Of a stretch of DNA of 64,000 nucleotides, positions 34,235 to 43,500 are shown piece after piece. Position numbers and translations under genes: made by a program. The notes beneath the pieces are model-generated. The model was given only the letters and a program-made list of their open reading frames with translations, made no database searches and was not told the DNA's origin. Within the stretch, counting starts at the first letter, position 1; each line of letters opens with the position of its first letter. Source of the stretch: a virus; the IMG/VR virus record IMGVR_UViG_3300022666_000353, positions 29,840-93,839 of that record, one strand, 5' to 3'.

Positions 34235-35365
34235 ATGCGATTAGAAAAGTGGACACAGCCGCGCACTAAGTTTTTTGGTGTCTCCCTCCAGAAGGATATG
34301 ACCGAGGGGGATGACGGAACCCTGCTCGTTCGTGGGTTCTTCACCAGTGACAACAAAGACGAAACCGGTGACATCATTACCCGCTCTGCCACGGAACGTG
34401 CCATTCCCAAGTACCGGCAGTGGGGCAATATCCGATATATGCACCAACCGCGCCCAGTGGCCGTGGTCACGGGCATTGGTGTGGAGGATGGCCTGGCGTG
34501 GAATGAAGTTGAAATTAAAGTCATCGACCCGCAGGCTGTGTTTGAGGTAAAGAACCGGCTTCTGAAGGCTTTGTCTGTTGGCATCCTAATTAAATATGAG
34601 GATGTGGATTTTCTGGAAGACGGTGGTTTGATTATCAACGACTACACGTTGGCAGAGATTTCTCTAGTGGACCACCCTGCCAACTATGACGCAGCACTGC
34701 GGACCTCTAGTGTTTCTGACGGTATCCGTACACTGGCACGTAGCTTTGGGATGGACGCGGTGGCCCAGTCATTCCAAGAAATTTTAGAAAAGGAGATTGA
34801 CGCAATGAAGACTAACACGCTTGTTGCCGGTGACGCTAACGAAATTAACAAAGATATAGAACCGGTTGAAGAACAGGTTAAAGAACAACCTGAAGAAACT
34901 TCGGTGGAAGCGGTTGTAGAGACAGAGGTCCCTGCTCCCAATGAAGAACCCGCTGTGGAAGCACCACAGGATGGAGACGCTCCTGCTGAACAGCCGGTGG
35001 ACGAAGACCCCGCTGTGTCTGCTGAGGCAGATGCGCCCGCACAAGAAGAGGACGAGACGAAGGTTTTACTTCGTTCCATGATGGACCAGTTGGCCGCGCT
35101 CACTGAAGCGGTTAAAGCCTTGCGCCCGTCTCAGGAGGCCCCGGCAGTGGAGGTTCAGGTCGAACCGAAGTCTGTGGGCGGAGACGATGCTGTTGAGAAG
35201 GCGGTTTCCGGTGTTTCGGACGAGCCCCAACTTGGTGCGCCTGTAAATCGTGGCGGCGGCATTCCGGCTACGGAGCTGCCCGACACAGCGTCAGTGGAAG
35301 GTACCCGGCGTGACTACACTCTGCGGGAAGCCCTCCAAAAAATCTTAGAGTATCGGAATCAATAA
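34235..35365 (+). CDS. prohead protease with acidic scaffold-like C-terminus
   Basis: D..GDII, YMH, ALSVG, LAEISLVDHPAN. Confidence 0.88.
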   Translation: MRLEKWTQPRTKFFGVSLQKDMTEGDDGTLLVRGFFTSDNKDETGDIITRSATERAIPKYRQWGNIRYMHQPRPVAVVTGIGVEDGLAWNEVEIKVIDPQAVFEVKNRLLKALSVGILIKYEDVDFLEDGGLIINDYTLAEISLVDHPANYDAALRTSSVSDGIRTLARSFGMDAVAQSFQEILEKEIDAMKTNTLVAGDANEINKDIEPVEEQVKEQPEETSVEAVVETEVPAPNEEPAVEAPQDGDAPAEQPVDEDPAVSAEADAPAQEEDETKVLLRSMMDQLAALTEAVKALRPSQEAPAVEVQVEPKSVGGDDAVEKAVSGVSDEPQLGAPVNRGGGIPATELPDTASVEGTRRDYTLREALQKILEYRNQ

Positions 35366-35385
35366 CTCATTTAGAGGTAACAACA

Positions 35386-36711
35386 ATGTTTAAGAACTTC
35401 GCTTCTCAATTAAGTAAGGCATTAACCAGCGCGGGGGATGGCGCTAACCTGGCTGACATCCCTGACTTCGACATGGTTCTGCACGAAGAGCTGCTTAGGA
35501 TGCAGCCCCTCGCCCAGATGTTAAGTGTCATTCAGGCCGAAGGAAAAACCCATGAGTACCGTTCGAAGACCAGCCACCCGATGGGTTGGTTTGAAGGCGA
35601 GACCACGGGGGCTAACAACCAGAACGGCGTCTATGGCCGTAACTCGGTACAGCTCAAAATCATGCGGCAGTGGGGTTCGGTGACCGGTTTTAGTCGCGCC
35701 GTTGACGCCAAGTTTATTGACGCCCTGGCCGAAGAACTGACCGGTTCTCTGGAAGGCATGTCTAACCTGCTGGAGTTCGGCACGTTGTTCGGAACGTCCA
35801 ACGATATTGGTTTTACCGGCGACGCTTACCAGTTCACCGGTATTCTGCCGCTTGTCTACAAATACGCCCCGTCAAACGTTATTGACGCAGGTGGTGACAA
35901 AATCGCTCTGGCCGATTTGGACAACGCCCTGGCGAAAGTTCAGGGGGCCGGACGCCAGGTCCGCAATGACCCCAAGCTGTGGATGATGGGCCTCCAGATG
36001 AAGCAGGTTGTAGACGGTCTCCAGACCAAGGTCTCCCTGCCCCTTGCTACCGCCACGCTGGCGGACGGTAAAATCGAGATGGACGCCTACGGCAAAGCCC
36101 CCATCTATGAGACCGACTACTTGGTCCCGGCTTCGACCACCACGTCCCCCGCTGTGACTGCGGCTCAGGGAGACAACACCGGTAACCTGTCCGCTGGTAC
36201 CTACACCTACATCATCTCATCGGTGACTGCGTACGGTGAGCAGGTCGGCGGGACCGCGTCCAGCGGAATCGTTGCTGACGCTTCTCACAAGAACATTGAC
36301 CTGACCTGGACAGCCGACAGCAACGCCAAGTCTTACATGATTTTCCGCAAAGAAGGTTCGGGCGCTTACGGCCTGCTGGACATCATCGCCGCCAAGACCT
36401 ATGACGCGGACGGCGCTGTGAACGGCTCGGTAGAATCCTATGAGGACGCCGGAGCCAAAACTCCGATTACCGGGGTCAAGCCACTGGCTACTGGTGAACA
36501 GGTTATCACCCTGTTAGACATCAACCCCGCACGTGGTGCTGCTTTTGTCGGCCTGGTGGACGATATGGGTTCACGCACCGACGGCCTGGTTTCGTATGTT
36601 GAGCTGGCCCGGGTGAAGGACACCTACGACTACATGCTCAAGAGCTACGTGACCCTGCGGATGATTTACCGAAATCTGAGCGCAGTGATTCGTCACGCGA
36701 AACTCAGCTAA
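35386..36711 (+). CDS. major capsid protein with inserted Ig/FN3-like domain
   Basis: Follows the protease; GE.....G.Y....V.LK, F.GI, ELAR..D...Y motifs. Confidence 0.85.
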   Translation: MFKNFASQLSKALTSAGDGANLADIPDFDMVLHEELLRMQPLAQMLSVIQAEGKTHEYRSKTSHPMGWFEGETTGANNQNGVYGRNSVQLKIMRQWGSVTGFSRAVDAKFIDALAEELTGSLEGMSNLLEFGTLFGTSNDIGFTGDAYQFTGILPLVYKYAPSNVIDAGGDKIALADLDNALAKVQGAGRQVRNDPKLWMMGLQMKQVVDGLQTKVSLPLATATLADGKIEMDAYGKAPIYETDYLVPASTTTSPAVTAAQGDNTGNLSAGTYTYIISSVTAYGEQVGGTASSGIVADASHKNIDLTWTADSNAKSYMIFRKEGSGAYGLLDIIAAKTYDADGAVNGSVESYEDAGAKTPITGVKPLATGEQVITLLDINPARGAAFVGLVDDMGSRTDGLVSYVELARVKDTYDYMLKSYVTLRMIYRNLSAVIRHAKLS

Positions 36712-36749
36712 CCCTGAACATTTATCGGTACATTATCTTAATTGGTATA

Positions 36750-36779
36750 GAAAAAGCCCCAGTAAACCTGGGGTTTTTT
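36750..36779 (+). terminator. intrinsic terminator after the capsid gene
   Basis: GCCCCAG-TAAAC-CTGGGGT-TTTTT. Confidence 0.8.
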
Positions 36780-36781
36780 CT

Positions 36782-36808
36782 TTTCCTTGTGGAAATCGTT
36801 TGAAGAAT
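36782..36808 (+). promoter_or_regulatory. late-promoter motif
   Basis: TTTCC-N10-CGTTTGAAGAAT. Confidence 0.7.
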
Positions 36809-36855
36809 TTAAGGCGGTGTATGTTCCGTGATTATTGCTGATTTTAGGAGACCCT

Positions 36856-37419
36856 ATGCCCTGGACTCTGTGTACAAAAGACGACATTATGGCCTTTCAC
36901 CCGATACCCGTGGCTGAAATACGCGACGAGTGGTCGGATATGGTGGAGGGTCTTATTCGTGAGCACCTGGGCCAGGAGTATCTGGGGCTAAACCAGGTCA
37001 TTACAGACGAGTGGCACAGCGGTGACGGCACGAACATTCTGAAGGTGCGTCACTCCCCAATTGTGTCTGTGGAATCTGTGTCGGTGAACGACGCGGTATT
37101 AACTGCCAGTGATTACGTAGTGTTTACCGGGTTTATCCAGCTTAAAGCACAGACGTTTCCTGTGGGCACGTTGAACGTTAAAGTGTCGTACACCTCCGGT
37201 TCGTCTGACATGGACCCAATTGTGCGGCTGGCTGCAACAACGATGGTAATTGCAATTATCAATTATCGCAAGCGGGCAGGCGCGGATAGCAGCCTTCGCT
37301 GGTCATCCACAGACCAGAAGACAGGAGAAGAAAGCCCGAACTCTACACTGGGGTTGGTTGGTCATTTGAAATCTATTATGAAGGGTGTGTTGAAGCGCCC
37401 TGGATTGAAGGTACGGTAA
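36856..37419 (+). CDS. head-tail adaptor
   Basis: PIVSVESV, FP.G..NVKVSYTSG; position after capsid. Confidence 0.75.
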   Translation: MPWTLCTKDDIMAFHPIPVAEIRDEWSDMVEGLIREHLGQEYLGLNQVITDEWHSGDGTNILKVRHSPIVSVESVSVNDAVLTASDYVVFTGFIQLKAQTFPVGTLNVKVSYTSGSSDMDPIVRLAATTMVIAIINYRKRAGADSSLRWSSTDQKTGEESPNSTLGLVGHLKSIMKGVLKRPGLKVR

Positions 37420-38333
37420 TGCCTAATAACGGCACCCCTCTAGTAAAAATACGAATATCCCCACAAAGTGCCCTTTTTAAAGGGTATACGTCTGAAATAC
37501 GCAGTGAGGACCGTATTAAATCGGGGCCATCATCGTACAAGTCTATCCAAGAATCTTCTCGTGGTGATTTTGTTAGGCAGCTAACAAGGGTATGGGGGAG
37601 ACTACTCGCGGATGCAGTAAGAAACAAAATGGCAGCTTCCCTGTCTATTGGTGGTGGATTTAATATCGGAGCCACCGATACGGCTTCCAGTAATATTAGC
37701 GTTGCGTTGTCCGGTGAAGACGTGCGTGTTGTGGAAGGAAATTTAACTGACGCTAACCAAGCTATTCGTACCGGGGTAAAACCAGGTCGAATGCGTAAAG
37801 GAGACCTTACGCGACTTCGACAATGGGCGGGCGTTAAGGGAGTAGACCTGAACGACCGTAGTCGTAAGGATTTTGTTACGTTAAAACGGCGTACGCGTAA
37901 AAATAAAACTGTTTTTGGTGCTGCTAGGGGTGAGGGTAAACGAGCCAACGAAGCATTGTGGCGTGTTTGGTGGGCGTTACAGAAATACGGTTCAGACCGC
38001 GCCCCCTCACCGACACGCGGTAAGTACGGTTCAAACTGGTGGGATGCGCCGCCCGTCGGTCAAGGCCGGTTTGATTACCCTAAGTTCGCGGTTGAGAGTC
38101 AGTGGAGTGCGCTGAACACCATGATTAAAAAATCCGCAGAGGTGGTTGGTGAGGTTGTTGTGGAAACCGTATTCAGCGGGCAGAAATATCCTGGAGAGTA
38201 CGGACTTAAATCTATAGTGAACGCTGTGGTTAAGACCGAGTATTACACGTCCGCCGAAATGGAAGCTAGAAGCAAGTTTAAGGTCAAGAACCCCATACTT
38301 GGGTTGGTGGGTTGGCGGAAAGGGAGAATGTAA
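37419..38333 (+). CDS. basic neck/tail-completion protein
   Basis: G.KPG, LRQWA..KG; position. Confidence 0.5.
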   Translation: MPNNGTPLVKIRISPQSALFKGYTSEIRSEDRIKSGPSSYKSIQESSRGDFVRQLTRVWGRLLADAVRNKMAASLSIGGGFNIGATDTASSNISVALSGEDVRVVEGNLTDANQAIRTGVKPGRMRKGDLTRLRQWAGVKGVDLNDRSRKDFVTLKRRTRKNKTVFGAARGEGKRANEALWRVWWALQKYGSDRAPSPTRGKYGSNWWDAPPVGQGRFDYPKFAVESQWSALNTMIKKSAEVVGEVVVETVFSGQKYPGEYGLKSIVNAVVKTEYYTSAEMEARSKFKVKNPILGLVGWRKGRM

Positions 38334-38335
38334 CC

Positions 38336-38785
38336 ATGTCGTTTTCTTCAATTACGGACGGGCTGGTAACGCGCTTTAGAAACCACTTCAGTGATGAGCT
38401 GAATGAAACTCGTTGTCAATTTGACAACATTGACGGGGTGTTTGAGGCGGTGTTGTCCGAGGGGGCGAACTACGCGTGTACTATTCATTTCAACGGCGGG
38501 GGTCCGCAGCACCGACAATCAATGGAGGCGCGGGGCTCAGGGCCGGTTGATTGGTCATGGTCCTACGTTGGTGTTTTTCTTATTCGCTATCGTGGTGACG
38601 TAGACATGCGCGAGGAGCAGAAGCGCGTTGTTGAGAAATTGTCACAGGTGCTTCGTGAAGACTTCCGCCTTGGAGGTGTGACGCCTTTAGCCAGGTTCAC
38701 GGAAATTGGTGCACCCGAACCCAGCCAGATAGGCGACGTGTATTTTGACTGGATACCTTTTATTGTAGAGGTTTTAGAAAAATAG
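38336..38785 (+). CDS. tail terminator-like protein
   Basis: LR.D..LGG motif; position. Confidence 0.6.
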   Translation: MSFSSITDGLVTRFRNHFSDELNETRCQFDNIDGVFEAVLSEGANYACTIHFNGGGPQHRQSMEARGSGPVDWSWSYVGVFLIRYRGDVDMREEQKRVVEKLSQVLREDFRLGGVTPLARFTEIGAPEPSQIGDVYFDWIPFIVEVLEK

Positions 38786-38793
38786 GAGACCGT

Positions 38794-39165
38794 ATGAAAG
38801 AACCCGAGATTGTTGAAGAGAAAAAGGAAGTATCTGCGCCTGTGAAGGTGGTAGAAGAACTGCCCGCGGCAGACCTGGTGATGAACGCTGAAGTTGCGCA
38901 GCTCTGGCTTACCGATGGTAATGCCCGTCTGAGAGGCGTGTATCGTAGCGTTCGGTTTGAACCGGCTGGTATTCCTGCGCACCACATTACATTTCTACTC
39001 AGTTTAGCTTCCGAAGCGATTCGCGGTGAGTACGAGTATGACTGGGATAATAAAAAGGCTAGAGGGGTGCTCTATGTCCCCGTGTCGTTCGCCAATACGC
39101 CGGTACTGGCGGACATGGTTAAAGGTAAACCCGTGGCCGGGTACGTCCCCATGCAGAGAAAGTAG
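38794..39165 (+). CDS. hypothetical protein
   Basis: SD AGGAG. Confidence 0.55.
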   Translation: MKEPEIVEEKKEVSAPVKVVEELPAADLVMNAEVAQLWLTDGNARLRGVYRSVRFEPAGIPAHHITFLLSLASEAIRGEYEYDWDNKKARGVLYVPVSFANTPVLADMVKGKPVAGYVPMQRK

Positions 39166-39178
39166 CTGTATTTTGTTT

Positions 39179-39204
39179 TTTCCACGTGAAATCGTTTGAA
39201 GAGT
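39179..39204 (+). promoter_or_regulatory. late-promoter motif
   Basis: TTTCC-N9-CGTTTGAAGAGT, identical to the 33055 copy. Confidence 0.75.
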
Positions 39205-39298
39205 TCGATGAATTAAATATGTGAATTGTCTGGTTGTGAAAACCCTGTGTGAAGCGGAGGTGCTTATCGAACCAATTTGACTAGGAGGGTAATTACCC

Positions 39299-39709
39299 AT
39301 GGCAGCTATTGTTGGGCTTGATGCAAAAATTCAATATTCGAGTGACGGTGTTAGCTGGACGGACTTTACAGAACGTAACGAGTTCTCCATCAGCATCAAC
39401 GTGGATGTGGCAGAGCGCAAAGTATTCGTTGCCAATTTTGCCGCCGCGTGGACCTCGAAATCTCGAACCTGGATGTCCTGGTCGGGTAGTCTGGCCGGTT
39501 ATTACGACGATGCGGACAACGCCATTTTCAACACCGTGGTCGCCGGTCAGGTTATTTACCTGCGTTTCTACGACAGCCGGAACACTTCAACGAAATACTG
39601 GCAGGGGCAGGCGCTGCTAACTTCGGTGGAACACTCCACCAATACCGACGACTTCTCTACACTGAGTGTGGACTTTGAAGGGTCGGGTGCGCTGACCCGC
39701 GTGTCGTAG
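39299..39709 (+). CDS. major tail tube protein
   Basis: WSGSL.G.YD, G.ALLTS, SVDFEGSGAL. Confidence 0.85.
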   Translation: MAAIVGLDAKIQYSSDGVSWTDFTERNEFSISINVDVAERKVFVANFAAAWTSKSRTWMSWSGSLAGYYDDADNAIFNTVVAGQVIYLRFYDSRNTSTKYWQGQALLTSVEHSTNTDDFSTLSVDFEGSGALTRVS

Positions 39710-39733
39710 TAATTTGCTTATCGCTTTGGATTA

Positions 39734-39770
39734 CCCCAGGTTCCCCGCACAAGCGGGGTTCTTGGGGTTT
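39734..39770 (+). terminator. intrinsic terminator
   Basis: CCCCAGG..CCCCGC-ACAA-GCGGGG..CTTGGGG-TTTT. Confidence 0.6.
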
Positions 39771-39795
39771 TGTGTTTAAAGGGAGTGACGATTAA

Positions 39796-40245
39796 ATGTC
39801 TGAAACAGAATTTGTGACCGTGACCGTAGGCGAAAAACAATATGCCGTGATTAAAACGGGTAGAGCACAGGCGCGACAGGTTCTCCAGCTCACCCGCTGG
39901 ATTGGCAAGCATGGTTCAAAAGCATTTGGCGCGTTCCGTAACGACGATGAATTTAAGATTGACAACGCAACGGGACTGGATTTTATCCAGCGGTTTGCCG
40001 AAGCCCTGGATGAAGACGCGCTTATCGACCTGTTCCAGTTATTGGTTGGGTGCTCGATGGAAGAGGCGGAGACGTACTTTGACGTCGCAACACTCATCGA
40101 GGTTGTGATTGCTGTGTACAACGGACAGCCGGCAGTAGGACGGCTCATTGACCGTTTTTTCTCTCCTTCCAACTCGAACAACTCCACGGACGCGCCCTCC
40201 ACGACGTCCGAGTCGCCTACGGATGGACCAACGACCAAATCGTAG
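39796..40245 (+). CDS. tail assembly chaperone (G)
   Basis: Lies between tail tube and tape measure genes. Confidence 0.8.
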   Translation: MSETEFVTVTVGEKQYAVIKTGRAQARQVLQLTRWIGKHGSKAFGAFRNDDEFKIDNATGLDFIQRFAEALDEDALIDLFQLLVGCSMEEAETYFDVATLIEVVIAVYNGQPAVGRLIDRFFSPSNSNNSTDAPSTTSESPTDGPTTKS

Positions 40246-40580
40246 ACCACGTTGAACAGTTTGGTTTTGGGTGGTTACTCAAGACCTGGAGGTACATTGT
40301 TGAAGATAAGGTGGAGGCGTACCGCGTACAGATGGTACTCCTCCCCATAGCAAGAACACCGATGGACGAGAAGTCGGGACGCGCCGCGCAAAACCACGTG
40401 AAAGAAGTGGAGAAGATGTTGAGCGACCTTGTCCCATGGCAAACAAAGGAGACCGGCAGGAAATTAAGAAGAAGCCTGCTTAGGAAGAACGTGCAGCCTG
40501 GTGAGGTGGTGGTCATGTTAGACGGAGATGAGTTAGCAGACAACCCCTTATACGCAGACGCAAAGGTAACCAGGGAGTAG
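39796..40580 (+). CDS. tail assembly chaperone GT via -1 frameshift at T-TTT-TTC (40155-40161)
   Basis: The -1 frame is open from the slippery site (LSFQLEQLHG...YGWT) to the stop at 40580. Confidence 0.8.
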
Positions 40581-40581
40581 T

Positions 40582-43500
40582 ATGGCGGGCTATAAAATTC
40601 TTCTGTCGTTTCTAGGCAACTCAAGCAGCTTGGTGGGGGCTACTAGCAAAGCTGGCGCTGCGATTAGTAGCCTCTCCAGCAATTTTAAGAACGCCTCCAA
40701 TATGGCAAACAACCTGTCTGCGCGAATTAATAGTGCAGGCGGGTCTATTTCACAGGCCGCCACAAAAGCGGCCAGTTTTGGTTCCCGGTTACAGGGGGCG
40801 TTTAAGTCCGTCAATGTTTCCGCAAGTAGTAAACAACTCGATATATTAAAACAGAAGCTAAGTTTAGCTGACCGGACTGTCGCGCAGTTTCAGAAAAAGA
40901 TGCAAGACGTGAACAGTCCAAATGTGGACACAGCGCGTGTAGATGTTTTGAAAAAGAAACTTACCGAAGCGACGACCCGTGTTACTCTTCTATCCCAGAA
41001 ACTTCAGGAAGTACAACAACCGCCTGTTGACACGCGAAGAGTTTCGGCTCTCACCGGGGCGTTACAGCAAACCGAAAAGTCCATTGATTTGATTAGAACC
41101 AAACTAAGTGCGGCGTTATCCCCCGCGCCTGATACGCGCCGTGTGTCAGAGTTAAAGGGGCAGCTTAAACTTGTAGAAAATCAGGCCACCTCCCTTAAGC
41201 AAAAACTAATTCAACTAAACACCCCCGCAACAGCAAATCCTCAAGATGTTAAATTACTTGAGGACCGGCTTGCCGTGTTACAAAAACAAAAGGCAGCGGT
41301 GCAGGCTGCGCAAAAGCAGGCGGGAGCAGGTGCCACGGATGCACAAAAGCTGGGGTTTGAAAAGGCCCTCTCTACGGTAGATATTCAGATTGACCGTACA
41401 GTTAAACAACTTAGTAAATTAAAGTTTCCTCCGCTAAACACCTCCGCGATTAAGCAGGTCGAGGACGAACTTGCTCGGGTTACCCAACGGGCGAAGGACC
41501 TAAAGGCGCGTCTTAAAGACGCGCAAAATCCACAAGCCAACCCAGTCGTAGTTACAGAACTACAGAATCGACTGGACGCCGCTATTGGAAAGTCAAGGCG
41601 CTTACAAGCGGAGTTAAGCCGCGCAATGCGCCCTAGTGCTAATCCCGAAAAAGTGGCTGAGTTGCAGCAACGTTTAGACAAAGCAAGGGGTAACGCGGAG
41701 AGCTTACAAAAACAACTTGATGCCGCACTGAACCCAAGCGCCGACCCTAACGAAATTCTTAAAGTTGAGAAGCAGTTACTGGCCGCTACGGAACAGGCAG
41801 ATAAACTACGTGCCGCTGTGGCCGCTGCCGGAGACGCTGGTAAAGGTAGTGGTAGCAAAGGTCCGGGAGTGTTCTCCGGGCTAATCAGCGGGTACAAGAG
41901 TTTCTATAACAGCCTGAGTAGTATGGATGTTAGGAAACGGTTTCAGGGCATATTTCAGGGCGCGAGTAAGGCCATCGACACCTTTCGTGCGCAAGTTATT
42001 AATCTGACTGATTCTATCCGTCTATCTGCTCAGGGTCTTACTAACTTTGGGCGTAGTATGATGTTCTTCATTAGCATACCCCTGGCGGGTGCCATGGGCA
42101 TGGCGGCCAACCAGGCGATTAGTTTTGAGGACGCCATGATTCGCGTGGGCAAGACGTCGAACATGGATGGCGCGTCTCTGACTAAACTGTCCGGGAACAT
42201 CAGCAAGTTAGCAAACAACACAGCCACGAGTACCGTTGAACTGGCACAACTAGCTGAAGTGTTGGGTCAGCAAGGTATGGGCCGTGTGTTTGACAAAGCC
42301 ACACAGCAGTGGGTCGATTTGCCCAATACCATGTTTAGCATGATTCGGACTGTGGACATGTTCGCTGTTGCGACGGCGCAGTCTGGAGAAGAAGCCGGCC
42401 TGGCGTTAGGAAAAATAGCTGCGGCGTTTGGTAAGAATTTAAATACAGCCGGCGACGACGTGTACAGACTGGCAAACGTTATTAACTACCTCGAAAATAC
42501 AACCGCCGCCAGTGCTCAAGATATTCAAAACGCGTTACTTGAGTTTGCTTCGTTCTCCGCCACAATCGGCATTCGGATGCAGGACGCCGCTGGATTTGCT
42601 GCTACCCTGGTGAGCCTGGGTTTGTCCGCACAGGAAGCCGGAACGTCATTAAAGAACATGACGGTCAACGTCCCACGTCACGCGCAAGAATTGGCCGACG
42701 CGATGCAAGGCGTAAACGATAAATACACCTCGGCAGATGCCGTGATTAAGGCGATGAACGAGGACGCCGTGGGGTTCTTCAAGGACCTTATCACAGCGGC
42801 GGCAGGTGGTAACGATAAAGTTTCCACACTGCTTACGTTGATGGAAGTGGCCGACATCCGAGGTGGCCGTGGTATCGCGGCTATGGCAAATAACCTCACT
42901 GTGTTTAACGACAACATGGATGCCGCCAATCGTGAGTGGGTTGAGGCACTGTCTCTGGCAGCAGAGTATGAAAAGGCGATGAGCTCAACCAAGTCGCAGT
43001 TAGCAATGTTGAAAAATAATCTCACTGACGCCGCGAACACAGCGGGGGCTGCGTTCTTACCCGCGATTAACCAGCTCATCCAGATTGCTGTTCCTGCGAT
43101 TCGGATGTTGTCTGATGCGTTTAAATCCCTGAGTAAAAATCAGCAGTTGATGGTAATTGGTGGCGTGCTTGTTATAGCAGTGCTCGGCCCGATGCTGATG
43201 TTCTTTGGGCAGTTGGTCCACTCTGTGTCACTCCTTGTCATGGGTTTCGGTCAAGCCGTACGTGTTGTTGCGTTCTTTATTGGGTCGTTAAGTAACCTGG
43301 TACCTGCCATCCTGAGCATCGGACGGTTCTTGTTGGGATGGCCTGGTATGGTATTGCTGGCGGGTGCTGGGATTCTTAAAGTTCTACAGGCGCTGGGTGT
43401 GGACATAGCTGGATTTTTTAGCGGCATCGCTAAGAAAGCACTGGATTGGGGACAGAACCTTGCGGCTAACCTGGCGGACGGTTTGTTGGGTGGTGCAGTT

